Source of the DNA: the human T2T-CHM13v2.0 reference genome, Homo sapiens
DNA length: 64,000 nucleotides
Assembly (NCBI RefSeq): GCF_009914755.1
Contig: NC_060932.1
Reading direction: 5' to 3' (one strand)
Positions within the stretch are counted from its first letter, which is position 1. Every line of letters begins with the position of its first letter. The notes below the pieces were generated by a model. It ran no database searches. It was not told where the DNA came from and saw only the letters and a program-made list of their open reading frames with translations. Positions 14,595 to 29,074 of the stretch are shown piece by piece. Both the position numbers and the translations under genes were made by a program.

Positions 14595-16379
14595 GAATTG
14601 TGCACTTTACACGGGTAAATTGCATAGTACATGAATTATGTCTTGATAAAGCTGGTTTTTAAAGAAGACCCACACGTGGGAGCAGCACTGAGGGGACCTG
14701 GTGCTGATTTGGAGGAGGATTCGGCCTCTCATTTCTGTTTTCTCTGTGCTTCTGCTTCATCCTTCTTCCTGTCTGAGCCGGGCTTTCTCTACTGGCTCTC
14801 TCTCTGCCCAAGGAGAAAAGTGGCTTACTCTACATTCCAGCCAGCTGCAGTGGCCATTAAGTAGAATCTCTCACCTGATTTCCAATTTCCTGGACAGAGA
14901 CGTGTTTACCCAGCGTGGTCAGTGCCAGGAAGCAGGGCTGCCTGGTTCTTGCAGCCAGCACCCCCCTTAGTAAAACTGTGCAGGGTTTTTACTGTGCAGA
15001 GGAGCAGTTCTGATCCTCAGAGGTAACAAAAGTCAATTTTCAATGTTTTCTAGACAGAACCACCATGCAGTGAGCACCTTCCATGTGCCCTGTACTGTGT
15101 CAACTCCTTTCACCTCTCTAACCCCATTTAATCTCTGCTCGACACTGTATGAAAGCATGTGCTGACTCAAAGAAAACATTCTCAATTAGGTTCAACTTGT
15201 GGCACATGCATAATGTCATATCAAGGCCACAGCTGGTAAAATCATCTACCCAAGGGTAGCAAGAGGCCTCCTGCAATGGGATTACCAGCCACAGAATCTG
15301 GTTACCAGAGGGTGGTGTATTTAGCTCACCAAAACACAGGGCTGGGGCTTACTCATGGTTAGTGAGCCACAGCAGCCAACAGAGAGGTGTTTCTAAAATG
15401 TGCTTTAAAACCCAATCTACTGGGAAGAGAGTCTGTTGCAAAAACCTATGTGGTTTTTGAACATTAGTAATCTGTGTGTGCCTTATTTAGAAGTCTTCTT
15501 TGGCCTTTGGTTATCCAACATCACTCTTGAGAAAGAATGGGTGCTAGTTCCTGAGGCTGAAGATGGGGAGTGAGACACAAGGAAAATCCATATTTTTAAC
15601 TTAATCAGTGTCTGTGGAGTAGGCAGAATCCAAATCCAAACCACGTTTTCCAAAAAGATTTTCCTTTTTAATTCTTAAATCCATGTGTATTATATGAGAA
15701 ATCTAATCCATATGTTTCTTACTCATTTACACTTAGCTCATCAAAGCGTTTTCTCTGAAGAACTATTTGATGTCCAAGGAGACTGTAGAGACTTTTTTCC
15801 TTTTAACAAGACTTTGTTCTTAGAAATAAAGAAGCTGCTGAAGTTGTATATGCAAAGAATAAATGAACTTGAACCCCAGAAAGGTTAAACTTTGTTTCAA
15901 GTAGGTTCTATATTCTGAAGAAACAACTTTGGGAATGAGCTCTTTTTCAAGTTTTGTTTTTTGGTAGGGGAGGGGAAGGGGCCTCCACTTGGATGCTTGA
16001 ATTTTTTATGCCAAAAGAATTCCCCCTTCAATGGATGGTAGGCACTATTAGGGAATCAAGTCCATCTCCTCAAGGCACTCTGAGACGGTCTTCAACTTTT
16101 AGTCAGCAGAGACCACACTTAATATTGATCTCTATCTGGTAATTCACGGCAACATCTGCACAGAGGGAGATGCATCCTTCTGAGAGTCCAGCATGTGTGT
16201 TGGGAAGAACAGAGCCCACTGATGAGAGAAGTGCCATGAAACCATCGGCTGGGCCACCTCACCTGTCCTCTAAGCAAGACCACACCCAAGCCAGCTCAGA
16301 TAAAGTGAGCCAATAATTAACTTCTTTCATCCCCCACACTCTGAGATTTCTTCCTGAATTTGTGAACATTTGTCTCTAT

Positions 16380-16750
16380 CCTTCACTCATGTCACATTTC
16401 ATTGCCTGTCTCCTAGTATAGCAGTGACCTGGGGCTATAGGGGATGGGAAGAGGTGCAAGATGCTGTTCTTGTCCCTGAGAGGTTCATCATTTATTTCAC
16501 TGAGATACAAAAACCCAACTGAGAAGATCATCAGATGTGCTCTTGGTGAGTGTTCGGGACTTCCAAGAAGGGAAGGATGGCCAGGGAGTGACAAAATGGG
16601 AAAAGCTTCCCAGACCAGGTGGGCCCTGGAGTTGTGAATGACAGCCTGAGCATTGATGCAGCCATATCCAGGAGAAGACACTAGGCACCCAGGGCTGGCA
16701 TGCATCGGACACTCCTTCAAATTGATGTGTTAAAAATCTTTGCTTGAATT
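16380..16750 (-). mobile_element. L2 fragments
   Basis: ctgttcttgtccctgagaggttcat and cagggctggcatgcatcggacactccttcaaattgatg resemble degraded L2. Confidence 0.45.
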
Positions 16751-17345
16751 TCACCTGCTAGAGAGACTGAGGCTGAGTGCAGAGGGCATGCAGGACTGAG
16801 GGGCCAGGGCGGACAGTCTCTATGGCCTCTGCAGTTCCCAAACACATCCACCCCACCCGCAAAACCAGAGCTGTACAGTCAGTTACCTGCTGGCTCAGTG
16901 CCCATCAGTTATTACTTCTCATGGCCCTCGGGAACTTTACAGTCCACCGAAAGTGCTGTTTTTGTTTTCTAGTAAGTACATATTTTTTTGTCTTAGTCCA
17001 TGTCTAGTGAAATGAGGTCTTAGCTCCCCTTATGGTCTGTTATGGGATAACTGTCTGACTGAGATGACAGGAAATTTGTGCAAATATTTGGCTCAATGTG
17101 TAGAGAGAAGGAACAATGCTGAAGAAGAGAAAACATGGTCTAGGGACCCAGCAGTGGCTGTTTCTCCTACAAGCCAGCCTAGTCCTTGGTGTCTTACAAG
17201 CACATTCTTAATTATCTATAACAGCACCACAGAGCACATATGGTGAAGCCTATTTTATAGAGGAAGAAGGAGGTACATAGAGGCTAACTCATTTACCCAG
17301 AGGCAGCTAATAAGGAGTGAAGTTTGGATAGGAACTCATGTTTCA

Positions 17346-17650
17346 GGGCGGGCGCACTGGCTCACGCCTGTAACCACAGAGCTTTGGGAGGTGGAGGCAG
17401 GAGGATCACTTGAAGCCCAAGGAGTCTGAGACCAGCCTGGGTAATATAGCAAGACCTCATCGCTACAGAAAAAAAAATTAGCCGGGCATGGTGGCTCATG
17501 CCTAATAGTCCCAGCTACCTGGGGAGGCTGCGGTGGGAAGATGGCTTGAGCCCAGGAGTTCAAGGCTACAGTGAGCTGTGATCATACCACTCCACTCCAG
17601 CCTGGGTGACAGGGCGAGACCCTGTCTCTAAAAAAAGGAAAAGAAAAAAA
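17346..17650 (+). mobile_element. AluJ
   Basis: AluJ diagnostics (gagcccaggagttcaaggctacagtgagctgtgatc); degenerate TSD gaactcatgtttca / aaacccatatttca. Confidence 0.95.
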
Positions 17651-17659
17651 GAAACCCAT

Positions 17660-18025
17660 ATTTCAGTCCGTGACAGACCGCATATACAATGGTGGTCCCA
17701 TAAGATTATAATGGAGCTGCCCTATACAGATGTACCATTAAAACATTTTTATCCCATATTTTTACTGCACCTTTTCTATGTGTAGGTGTGCTTAGATACA
17801 CAAACACTTACCATTGTGTTGTAGTTGTCTATAGCATTCAGTATGATAACATGCTGTACAGGCTTTTAGCGTAGGAGCCATAGGCTATTCCACATGGCCT
17901 GGGTGTGTAGTAGGCTATACCACCCAAGTTTGTATACATTCACTCTATGATGTTTCGCACAATGGCAAAATCGCCTAAAGACACATTTCTCAGAACATAT
18001 CCCATCATTCAGCAGCTCATGACTG
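17660..18025 (+). mobile_element. Tigger3a/MER7-type Tc1-mariner MITE
   Basis: gaccgcatatacaatggtggtcccataagattataat...catttctcagaacatatccc...catgactg terminus. Confidence 0.85.
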
Positions 18026-18687
18026 TGCAGGGCTAGGTCAATACAGGATAGCTCTTGCTGATCCTAGCCTGAGATTGTCCACTAGGCTATGCTGCCTCTC
18101 ACTCAGATGAAAGGGAAGAGCTCTTGGTGGAGACTTCTGGAGGACTGTAAAGGAACATTGGGCCTGACTGCAAAGAACTGAATGCTGACCTCATGCTTCC
18201 CAGTTTTCATGGGCTGTGATGAACAGGATGGAGTGGCGGTGGCAGACTAGAGTGAGGAAGAGCAATGAGGGGCCACTGAGAAACCTGCAGATCCAAGGGA
18301 GAGGCAGGGAAGCTGGAAGCAGGGGAAATGGGAGGCCATGAGCAAAGAGAGAAGAGGCTTTGGTGATTCTGCCTTATGTAAGGGTCAGGGGTGGGGTTGG
18401 AGAAAACACTGGTGACAGTGAAACCAAGATGTCAAGGAAAGGCATGGGTTTACAGGGAAAAGGGCTGAGTCTGTTGTATTTGAAGTTCTGGAGAAACTTC
18501 AGCATCTAGGCTTCTGGTCTGTGCTGGAGAGTGGTTACTGCTGGACCAGAGGACTCCCCTCACGTTGAGTTACTGAAAGCCATGGTGGGAACCGCGGATG
18601 GATGAGACCACCGGGCAGAAAAGCCGAGCAGCTCCTGAACAGTGAACCTTTGGGATCACCACACTGTGTTTCTCACAATTCAGTATC

Positions 18688-19424
18688 GCTGCTTCTCAGT
18701 GGAGGCTCTGCTGCCTCCATGGGAGAGCACTGGAAAATAGAGGGGATGCTTTTGATTGTCCCAGTGGTTGAAGGATGGTATAGGTCTTCGATAGATATAC
18801 AGTGACACAGGGAAACAAGATGTTCTGCAATGCACAGGGCAGCTCTGCAAAGTGAAAAATTTCTCTGGGGTCCTCTTGATTTGTAAATATCTCATTGGGC
18901 TTTCATTTAGGTGAAAAATCTATTTTGAAGTCTCTTAGCCCAGAACCTAATTACAGTTTCCATATATACCTATATATTTTACTTCATTTAAATTTACATG
19001 CATTTTTGTAAGAATGTAACCATATAAATAGAGAGAAAATTGTACTTTGTTTTGTTGGAATTTTACTGAGCTGTTTCATTTCAGGAAATCATGTTTCTGC
19101 TGGCAACATCACTCCTAAAATTTGAGTTACTACTCTGCATTGATACCTATCCCATTAGTGGTGATTTTACATATTCATTGAAGCATCTGATTATTTTGTA
19201 TTAAGTGGTCATGTCTAACAGTAAATTAAAATATATTTTTTCTCTATAGATTCCTTTCATTTATTCTATATACTTACAGTTAGGTTATTATATTGTTCTT
19301 TTTTAAAAATTATGTGTGCATATGAGTTATTTTATCTATACAGTTTATTTCAGGAGAGTGAAGAGAGTGTTACAAATTCATTGTGGTAAGGAGGGGTTGG
19401 AACTGATGAGGTTGAGAACCGCTA
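18688..19424 (+). mobile_element. MER20B-like hAT-Charlie element
   Basis: cttctcagtgg start, tcctgcaatgcacagg-type core, gaggttgagaaccgct end; paralogous in organisation to 36835-37961. Confidence 0.65.
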
Positions 19425-19432
19425 GTTCTAAA

Positions 19433-20108
19433 CTAGCACTATCCAGTAGAAATATAATAGGAACCACAAATACATTTTACATTTTCTAATAGTCACCCTA
19501 AAAAAAAAAGGATGGAATATTACTCAGCCTTAAAAAGAAAGTAAATCCTATCACATGATATGACATGGCTGAAGCTTGCGGACATTATGGTAAGTGAAAG
19601 AAGTCAGTCACAAAAAGACAAATACTGTATGATTCCACTTATATGAGGTATCTAAAATATCTAAATTCCTAGAAACAAGAAGTGGAATGTTGGTTGCCAG
19701 AGCTGAAGAGAGAGGCATATGGGGAGTTTTTTAATGGGTATAGAGTTTCAGAGTTGCAGGATGAAGAAGTTCTGGAGATCTGTTTCACCACAATGTGAAC
19801 ATATTTAACACTACTGAACTGTACACTTAAAAGTGGTTAAGAGGGTAAATTTTATGTTAGTGTTTTTTACTATAATAAGAAAAGAAGAGCGGGCAATACT
19901 AATTTTCATAACATGTATTTATTTAACTCAATATATTCAAAATACTATCATTTCAATATGTAATCAATATAAAAATTATCAATGAGATATTTTATATTCT
20001 CTTTCTTGCACAAAGTCTGAATTCTATGTCCATTTTACACCTACAGCACATATCAACCAAGACTGGCTGCATTTCCAGTGCTCAAATGCCATACATGGCT
20101 AGTAGTTA
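19433..20108 (+). mobile_element. MER33 hAT element, split by an L1MB 3' end
   Basis: tccagtagaaatataataggaaccac...tttctaatagtcac and tttatttaactcaatatattcaaaatactatcatttcaatatgtaatcaatataaaaatt. Confidence 0.85.
19512..19885 (+). mobile_element. L1MB 3' end
   Basis: atggaatattactcagccttaaaaag...tactgaactgtacacttaaaagtggttaagagggtaaattttatgtt. Confidence 0.9.
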
Positions 20109-20124
20109 ACGGCAAATGCTAACT

Positions 20125-20330
20125 ACACTTGTTGAGCAGACCTTCAGCACCAGGCACTGCTGTGGGTCCTTTACATAGAATTACTCTTCCCATCCTTGGC
20201 CCTATGAGATAGGCACCAGGAAATTGAAGCACAGAGACCTTGAATAGCACACTTAACGTCAAGAGAAATTGTGGCCAAGTGGAGAGCTGAGCCTAGGCAT
20301 TCTGGCTCCAGAGCCCGTGCCTTAATCACT
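20125..20330 (-). mobile_element. MIR
   Basis: ccaggcactg...ccctatgagataggca...gaaattgaagcacagaga...tctggctccagagcccgtgc. Confidence 0.7.
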
Positions 20331-21734
20331 GTGCATAGGCACCCTTGTGGGGTTTTTCTCCTGGACTCCTGTTCTGGCCAAGTGGGAGTCCACCCAGCCT
20401 CTTTTCCCAGTGGGATACTAGGATTGTGCTTCCCTGGGCTTGCTCTTCCATGGGCTCACATATTCCATGGAAGCACACTCCTAGCATCTCCCTGGGAAAC
20501 TGAACCCTGGCTGCACAGGCTTTAGGGAGTCAAAATCTGGCTGGCCCCCAGGGAGCCAGTTAGGCTTGTCTCTCCCTGCTTTCCTGCTAAGCATAGCAGA
20601 CGCTGGCCAGCCCGTCTGCACGGAAGAAAGAAGCCTGGGTTTGCTTCACAACCGCCTTCAATGTTCTCTATTCTCTGCATTCCCATTAGGAGAGGTAGTG
20701 GGCCTGGTGAATCAAGACAAAACACACAGATGTGGCAGAAAGACGGTCCCAACATGCACATCTAATAACGACTTGCCACCAGGACCTTGCTGGTGAATCA
20801 CTTGCATTTCCAATAACTTTTTCTCCTGAGTTTCCCTTAATAAAGACAGATTTCTTCATTTCCTGGGGCTCCCTCAAGATTATACTGACAACTTCTCCAT
20901 TAATTATCAAATTATGCCCCATCACAAAATGATTACATCTGCTTCCTACCTAAACACTTCCCCTCATTTGTGAAAAGTCTCATTTAAACTAATATGCTTT
21001 TAACTTGCTCAATTTCAACACCTCCATAGAGGCTACTAATGAGCTGATTCCTTGCCCAGCTGGTCCCTTGGCCCTTCCTTGTGTTCTCCGTTCCAAGACC
21101 AATTTAGATCTTGCAGTATGGGAAAGGGGAGGACTCACCCTTTGAGTTGGATGCTTGGTGGGAGCCTTCTTGAATGACGTGTATACTTAAACACAGGACC
21201 TTGAGTCTGAGCCCCCCACAAAAGTGAGACTCCACTTGCTGCTTCCAGAAATGTGAAAATTGCTTTAGAGTGGGGCCACAGGAGCAAAAGAGCCTCCCAG
21301 TTTCAATGGGGTAGCTTAATGACTCAGGTAATTAGACCCAGATTCCCTTTACAGGGGCCTCTTAATTATTATTTAATAAAGAGATGATTCCAGGCTATGA
21401 CCCGCAAGGCTGGCGGCATTATAACTATGAAGCTGAAGAAATACTTCCTCCCAGATGTTGTTCTCCTCTGGCAGGGAGACAAAGGTACTCTGAAAGGACC
21501 CCTCAGCCTTTCCTTATGGAGAATGTCATGTGCCAAGCAACTCCTCTTCCTGGCACTGTCTTCTCCAAGGTGTCAGATGGGTCACTTCACTGGAGTGCTG
21601 GGAATCAGGTCAGTCTGTTCCTCTGATTAACCCTGATCTCATTCTGCTGGCAGCAGGCAGTAGCCTGAGGCCCTGCTGCCTTCTGAAGGCTGTCCACTCA
21701 TGCCAAGGCTGCTGGGAGCAGGAAGAGCTGACAA

Positions 21735-21960
21735 GCGCACACCGAGAGCCAGGCTGTGTTCTAAGTGCTCTCAATGCCCTGCCTCCTTAAATTTTCACAC
21801 AGTATCATTATACTTCCCTCCCCATTTTACAGATCAGGAAACTGAGGCTCATTGGGGCTATGCACACTGTCCAAGGTCACACAACTAATAATTGGGAGAG
21901 CTGGGATTTGAACCCACACACTTCTAACTCCAGAGCCTAAGGGCTTAACTCCTGTGTCAT
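21735..21960 (-). mobile_element. MIR
   Basis: cccattttacagatcaggaaactgaggctc...ccaaggtcacacaacta...gagctgggatttgaaccc. Confidence 0.85.
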
Positions 21961-22049
21961 ATTGCTAGGGATTAGTTGACCAGGGAGAAAATTATTCAGC
22001 TATGTTTTCATGGCCAGAACTTAGGTGGGTTATCTAAGTACCTCCATTG

Positions 22050-22460
22050 TCATCAATATTAATGATGTATCATGCTCTGGCCCTTGTCCAGAGACATCTA
22101 GAGTCATTCATGGTGACCCCATCCCAGGCATATTCCTTAGACTAGAGGTCCATTATACCAACCAGACCAATAGGAGGCCCTCCCTGGGATTTTTCATATT
22201 GGAACTTAAAAAGATGGGTGCAACTGAGCATTTGTGAGGCCCAAGTTGCCACAGGTTATGATCCAGGTGCATGGAGAAGACAACATTGACAACACACAGA
22301 GGAAGCATTCCAGTGATATTTGAGTCCTTGATTCCAGTCCCTGAGGCACAACACTTGTGTTTCCTGTAATCCAGTTAAGTGAACCAACCAACTTCCCCTT
22401 TTCACTCAAGCTAGTCCTAGTTAGGTTTCTAACTCCATTGCAATCAAAACAGTTCTAACA
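22050..22460 (+). mobile_element. Old MaLR (MLT1-type) LTR remnant
   Basis: 3' end ttccccttttcactcaagctagt...ggtttct...tgcaatcaaaacagttctaac resembles old MLT1 termini. Confidence 0.5.
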
Positions 22461-24049
22461 ATCTATGCTCTAGAATTTGATGTACTGGGGACAATGGTGG
22501 AGTCTCTACAGGGTTTTAATCTGTACTTCAGAAAGGCAGCTGAGACATGGGATAGAGGTATGAAGACCAGCAAGGAGGCTTTTGTAGTGTGGCCTGTGGC
22601 AATGGCCCACAGGAAAGACGATAGGGCCGGAACCAAGGCAGTTGGTTGTGGGCCAGTTATAATGGAGTCAAGAGATATTTTGTTGATAGAAGTTTTTAGA
22701 CTTGGTGATTGATTAAAATTGGGGAGATGACATTGGAGGTTCTCAGGGTGATTCCCACGTGGAGGGTGATGCCATTAGCTGAACGGAAAACACAGGAGGC
22801 AGAGCAGATCTCGGGAGGTGCTGGAGGAGCAATAGGTAATAAGCTTGGCCATGGGTAGCTGGCTGGTGTCCAGCTGGGAGTGGCTCCTTGAAGCCAGCAT
22901 GCTGTGTTCTGGCTTCATGACGAAGGTGTGCTGTGGCAGTCACCTGCTAGTCACAGCCTCAGTCCTGACCCACTCATCCTAACCAGGGTCTCACACCCCT
23001 TTCCATCCTTCTCTTAGCTCTCCCAGTCACCAAGCAGTCCTCTTATTTTTGTCCTTGCATTACCCAGCAGATTTGTCAGGACTGGTATTGTCTTCCTGGT
23101 AGAACTTGGGCACCTTTCCATGGGATTCTGCTCCTTCCTGCTGCCCAGTTGAATTGACCCACCTTGGATAACTTCCTCCCTGGAGTGGCGGGAAAGGATG
23201 GCTAGCACTGCTAAAAAAAAAAAAAAAAAAACCAAGGAGACCTGCTGTGGAAAACAGACTGCAGCCAATTTGGCTGCTCATTTGGCTTAGGTTCTTTTTG
23301 AAAGATATCTATGGCCTACCTTAGTTAAAGCAAGAGGAGGATTAGAGATCCCCTCTACTATGGCTGCCCATCCAAGGGGTATGTGTATGTTGCACTGAAA
23401 GCAAGACCCAGACCAAATTCTGCTATATATATAAACATGTACTAATAAGCAAGCACTATAATAACACATAAGTATTTTTCTAAGCTTGATGAGATCTTTG
23501 CTCTCTGTATGACACACATCTTGCATGATGAGAAAATATTCTAGTGGCAGAATTCATGTGGGCTACTAGTCAGATTCAAGCCAGACAGCGTAGAATCATC
23601 TGTTAAGTGTCTGTGGCATAAGACCAGATGGAGTCTTAGGCTTGGTGGGACATTATGAAGGGTGTAAGCTGTTGAGCTTGAAAACTTCTTACACTCGGTG
23701 CACACAAGCATGGAGGGCCCTTACCACATTCTTAGCCATCCATATATCTTGTGAACAACTCATTTCATTAATGAAAAACTATTTCTAAACCCATTATACA
23801 AATGAATAAACGCTCTGGTGCTGAAGGAAAATAAAGATTGCTGAAGCTCTTGCAGAAGCTACCTCTAGAGTGTGGACTTCCAATTAGAGCCTTTCAAAGC
23901 TAATGAAACACTCCGGAGTATGTATCCCTGATCAGAGTACTTCACATGTTAGCGAATCACTCCTAAGGTGTTGATTAAAATGAACACACATCTCTCAGTT
24001 GATGCTGAAGTATTTAAAAATAAATTACGTGCTGTATCATTCAAACCAC

Positions 24050-24372
24050 GCACTTTCCTCGGAACTTTTGCATAAGCTGTTCTCTGCATACACTATCTTC
24101 GTCCTCTTCTCATCCTCTTTGCCTGAAAAACTCCTATTCAGTCTTCAGGACTAAGTATAGGCTGTCATCTCCTCCAGGAAGCCTTCCCTGATCCTCACTC
24201 CAACAAGGCTAAGTTGAGTGTCTCTCCCATGTGCTCTTGTAACATCTTGTGCTACTTCTTAGTTTTGAGAGTGAGCAGTCTCTTCCTTTGACTTGACTGT
24301 AATTCCTAGTCCTTGTATCCCTAGTACCAAGCCAAAGAGGTACTCAATTTGTTTGTAAAATTGAATTAAATT
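24050..24372 (+). mobile_element. L2 3' end
   Basis: ctcctattcagtcttcaggact...ctcctccaggaagccttccctgatcc...tactcaatttgtttg. Confidence 0.75.
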
Positions 24373-24473
24373 CAAAAGAAACTGATGTTTTTTTCCTTTC
24401 TCCCTGCTTCCCACCAATGTATCAGAAGCGGGATCGCCCAACTGTGTGCTTGCCCAAAGATTATAATCGATGA

Positions 24474-24889
<416 letters not shown>

Positions 24890-25917
24890 TGAGTTTGCTC
24901 TTAGGGTAAGCTCTGGAGCTGGAGTTGTGACAAGGATCTTCTGCATCAGCTGATCTCTGATATTTATCCTGAAAAGAAAGCAGCCAGAAGCCTTATTCAT
25001 CCGATGTTTCTCTAAGAGTCATGCATCGACCTTCTCTATGAGCTGAGTGAAGGTCGGTAAGGTGCTGTCAGCCAGACAGAAAGCCCATCGGGAGGCTGCT
25101 GACCTCATTTTGCCCACCACAGTCCAAATATCCAGACTCAAACTTGACATTTGCCAAGGTACAGCTAAACAAACGGTGGTAAAATGATGCTCACCTATTC
25201 GGCTCCACATCAAAGTGGCTAAACAGGGTTTTCAATGTTAGAATAGACTCTGCAGAAATATTGAGAGACAGGTCAGTTATTCAGAGATGCTGTTCCTTTG
25301 CAACTCTGAACTTGTAGATTTAAATATGACCAGGTCTGTATCTCATTGAGCATTTTATTTCACTTAACTAGGGAAGAAGGAAGAGAAGACAATGTGGAAT
25401 TTATGCATTTAAAATATATAAAGTTTATGCTTTTGCATTGTGTTGAAAATACTGTGAGCAAAAAATATTGCTGTTTTCAGAGGTTTCAGGAAAGGAACTG
25501 GAAGAGCCTCATTCCTGTCTCTCTTCTGCTCTTTTAGCCACAGCCCCAACGTCCTCTCCTATTGTCATCCCAACACTCTTAGTTCTACATGCTACCATAA
25601 CACAGAGACACACGGCTCAGCATTCTGGGGCGTGAGCACAAGGCAGGAATGTTCTAAAACACAGGGTCAAAAAAACCACAATTCCAGGAAAAGGATTGGG
25701 CAGTGGCCACCAAGAACCCCTGAGCCTGCCTTCAGTTAGAGCTGGACAGGTATGGATGGCCTGGGGCTTGCTATTCTTCCTTCTCAGTGAACAAGGGAGC
25801 TTCTGAAAAGCTCTCAGATAAAGGTTATTTAAATGAAGGTCACTCTTGAATAAAATCTGGTGGGTTTGTACACTTGGCTCTGGTACTTAGTAAAAATGGT
25901 CAAAAATAATAATAAAC

Positions 25918-26219
25918 GGCCAGGTGTGGTGGTTCATGTCTGTAATCCCAGCACTTCGGGAGGCAAAGGCAGAAGGATCCCTTGAGGCCAAGAAGTTCCA
26001 GACCAGCCTGGGCAACATAGAAAGGACTTGTCTCCACAAAAAAATAAAAGAATTAACTGGACATGATGGCCTGTAGTTCCAGCTACTCAGGAGGCTGAGG
26101 TGGGAGGATCACTTGAGACCAGGAGTTCGAGGCTTCAGTGAGCTGTGATTGTGCCACTGCATGGCTCATTACTCCAGCCTGGATGACAGAGCGAGACCCC
26201 ATCTCAAAAAAAAAAAAAA
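25918..26219 (+). mobile_element. AluJ
   Basis: Diverged Alu with J diagnostics and poly-A. Confidence 0.93.
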
Positions 26220-26234
26220 GAATAGAAAAAGATC

Positions 26235-26542
26235 CTCAAGCCCTCATCTGAAATATCTGGAGGGCCAGATGTGTTCTAGAACTCAGAATTTTTCAGAGTT
26301 TAGAAAGGTAACAAAGTTGCTGACAGCTCAGTGGAGTCTGGGCCAGCCCCCCAGCAAATCATCACTTGAGCATTTCTGCAGCAATGTATGACAATTCATC
26401 CCAAGAAAGGCAACAAGACGATGATGAGTTTGCATTAATTCAGGCCAAGTCAGGTTTTGCCACCAAATGAATTATGAAAAAACTTTTGGTTTCCAGAGCT
26501 GTCTGAATTTCAGAACTTCTGGATGGGGGATCATGGACCTGT
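26235..26542. mobile_element. Tigger-derived MITE (MER46C-like)
   Basis: ggccagatgtgttc...tttagaaaggtaa...ttttggtttccagagct...gggatcatggacctgta end. Confidence 0.6.
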
Positions 26543-26819
26543 AATCACATTTTCCTGAGGGGCTATTGCCCAGCTTATCTTTTTTAAGAAGGAAGACTTT
26601 GACTTCCACTACCCCACTTAGGAAGCCACAAACCAGCACACAGGTTTGGGCTCAGAAGCCTGACACCCTGCAGGTGAAACAGTAGGAATCCCTGTCACGA
26701 GCATTTCCTTTTCAGAGATTTTCTGACTCTGTGTGTATGTTTTCAGTTTTTCTTTCTGCGTTCTGCTTAAGGCAGCATTGTCACCCCTGTGGATCCCCAC
26801 GATTGTGAAACAAGACAGA

Positions 26820-27290
26820 ATAATGGTTAAGGGCTAACACTTCGTGCTCAGAAGGAACTTGGTTGAAATCTTACCTCTGGCACTCTTTAGTTGTTTGTTA
26901 GATTCTGGGAAGTTGCTTAACCTCTCTGAACCTCATCTTACTCAGCTATAAATCCTCTTGCAGGGCTGTCATAAGAATTAAATGAGACTACAAAATTGCT
27001 AACATTTATGGATTGCTTGTTCTGTACCAAGCACTGTATTAAGAGTTATACATGAAGGGTTATTTTATCAAACAAATACCATCCCTATTTTATAGATGAG
27101 GAAGCTGAGGCTCAGAAAGTTTACCCAACTGAAGCCATGTTGCTATTAAATGCAGAAGCTGGTATTCAACACGAGGTAGTCTAACTCCTGGTACCCTTAA
27201 CTACTCTGCTGTAATGACTCATCAGATGGTAGATAAGATGTTTTGCACACTCTTTGGAACACAGTGAGCTTTCAATGTAAGGTAACTATG
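26820..27290. mobile_element. MIR (+) interrupted by MIR (-, ~26995-27210)
   Basis: gttgcttaacctctctgaacctca...attaaatgag, then atccctattttatagatgaggaagctgaggctcagaaag. Confidence 0.75.
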
Positions 27291-27436
27291 ATGTCATGGT
27301 GATAATGATGGCAGTGATGGTGATGATAAAGAAGGATCAAGTTTTACAGCAAACAGAATCCGGAGGAAGACCATTGAGTGACCTGGTTGCCAATGAACAT
27401 CCACGTAGTACTCCTGACTTGATGCCCTAGGGATTA

Positions 27437-27842
<406 letters not shown>

Positions 27843-27894
27843 ATGTTACCAGTCAGTCTTCCATGCCCTGTAGCTCAGTGGTACAACAGTAACA

Positions 27895-28570
27895 CTCCCA
27901 GTTCCTTGGGAAACAGACTCACAGGGCAAGATTTATGTGCAGAAAGTTTATGGGCAATTGTTCTAGGGATCAACAACAGTAGGGAACAAAGAAAATGGTG
28001 TAACTGCACCAGACCAATCTGGTTCAAGTTTTATGTAACAAAGTTGTGAGTTGTTTTTCAGTTGCCAGGAACCTCCAGATTGAAGGTCACATTACCTGAG
28101 CATGCCCAGATGAACCAAGGATTCAACCATGGGTGGAACCTAAGGTCTCAAACTGGGGAGCAGGGACTGAATGAAGACGCAGACCCTGAATGGCAAGATA
28201 CAGAATCCAATCAGATGGAGCCCTGGTGTCACCTCATGGCAGGATCTAGTCAGATCATGCGTCCCTGGCAGTACTTCATCGGAAGACTCAATCAGATCAT
28301 GGCTCATTACTGTACGCCTATAAAGCCTGACCCAGTCCCCAGCTCAGGAAGACAGATTGGAGCATTTCCTCATGTCTCCTTGACAATTAGCTAGAAATAA
28401 AGCCTTTCTTTTCTCAAAATCCAGTGCATGGTATTGGCTTTTATGTGCATTGGGAAATGAGCCGATTGATTGGTAACAATAGGAATGGGCAGAGAGAAGA
28501 ATTGCACTGTGGTATAGTCCCATCAAAGACTTCTGCCTATCCCACAGAGAATGCTGGGGCTAAGATGGTC
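27895..28570 (-). mobile_element. Old ERVL-class LTR remnant (LTR16/LTR33-like), split by a younger LTR
   Basis: gggaaacagactc...gatttatgtgcagaaagtttat...gggatcaac continues after 28478 as aggaatgggcagagagaagaa. Confidence 0.5.
27999..28478 (+). mobile_element. Solo LTR (LTR47-like)
   Basis: TG...CA termini (tgtaactgcaccagaccaatctggttcaa...ttggtaaca), internal TATAAA (28319) and AATAAA (28396). Confidence 0.75.
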
Positions 28571-29070
28571 TGTGGGAGGCAGAATTCTAAGGCAGCCCCA
28601 AGAATTCTCACCCTCTGGTATACACACGTCACATAATTCCCAAACCTGTGAATATGGTGGAGTATCACCGCCCACGGTTAGGTTACTAATCTGTTGACTT
28701 GTTAACCAAAAGGGAGATTATCCCAGTGGGACTTACCTAATCAGGCAACTTCATAAATGGGCCTGGGCCCTCCTAGAAAGTGAGACTCAAAGCATGAGAA
28801 GGGATATTGAAGAGCCACATGGCAAGAAGCAGCTGCTGGTCTCTGGAATGGTCTGTGGTGGACAGTGAGAAAATGGGGAATCCAGTCCTACAGCCACAAG
28901 GAACTGAATTCCACCAACAGCCTGATTAAGCACGAAAGAGGACCCCAAACCTCAGATGAGACGACAGCCCTGGCAGACACCTTGGTCTCAGACAGGTGGG
29001 ACGTGAATAGAGGACCCAGTTATGCTGGGCCTGGGATTCTGACTATGAGATAATACATGAGTGTGGTTTG
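28571..29070 (+). mobile_element. MLT1E/D-type MaLR LTR
   Basis: tgtgggaggcagaattctaag...cagtcctacagccacaaggaactgaattc...cagccctggcagacaccttg. Confidence 0.85.
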
Positions 29071-29074
29071 TGCT

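Larger units (their letters stand above)
12472..14662 (+). mobile_element. L1MB-type 3' region (pieces 12472-12754, 13044-13212, 14595-14662), host of an AluJ and a younger L1
   Basis: attattcacaacagccaaaaggtggaagcaacccaagtgtccatc...ttctaaaattgactgtggtaatggttacac...gaattg; resumes at 14595 with gggtaaattgcatagtacatgaattat. Confidence 0.85.
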
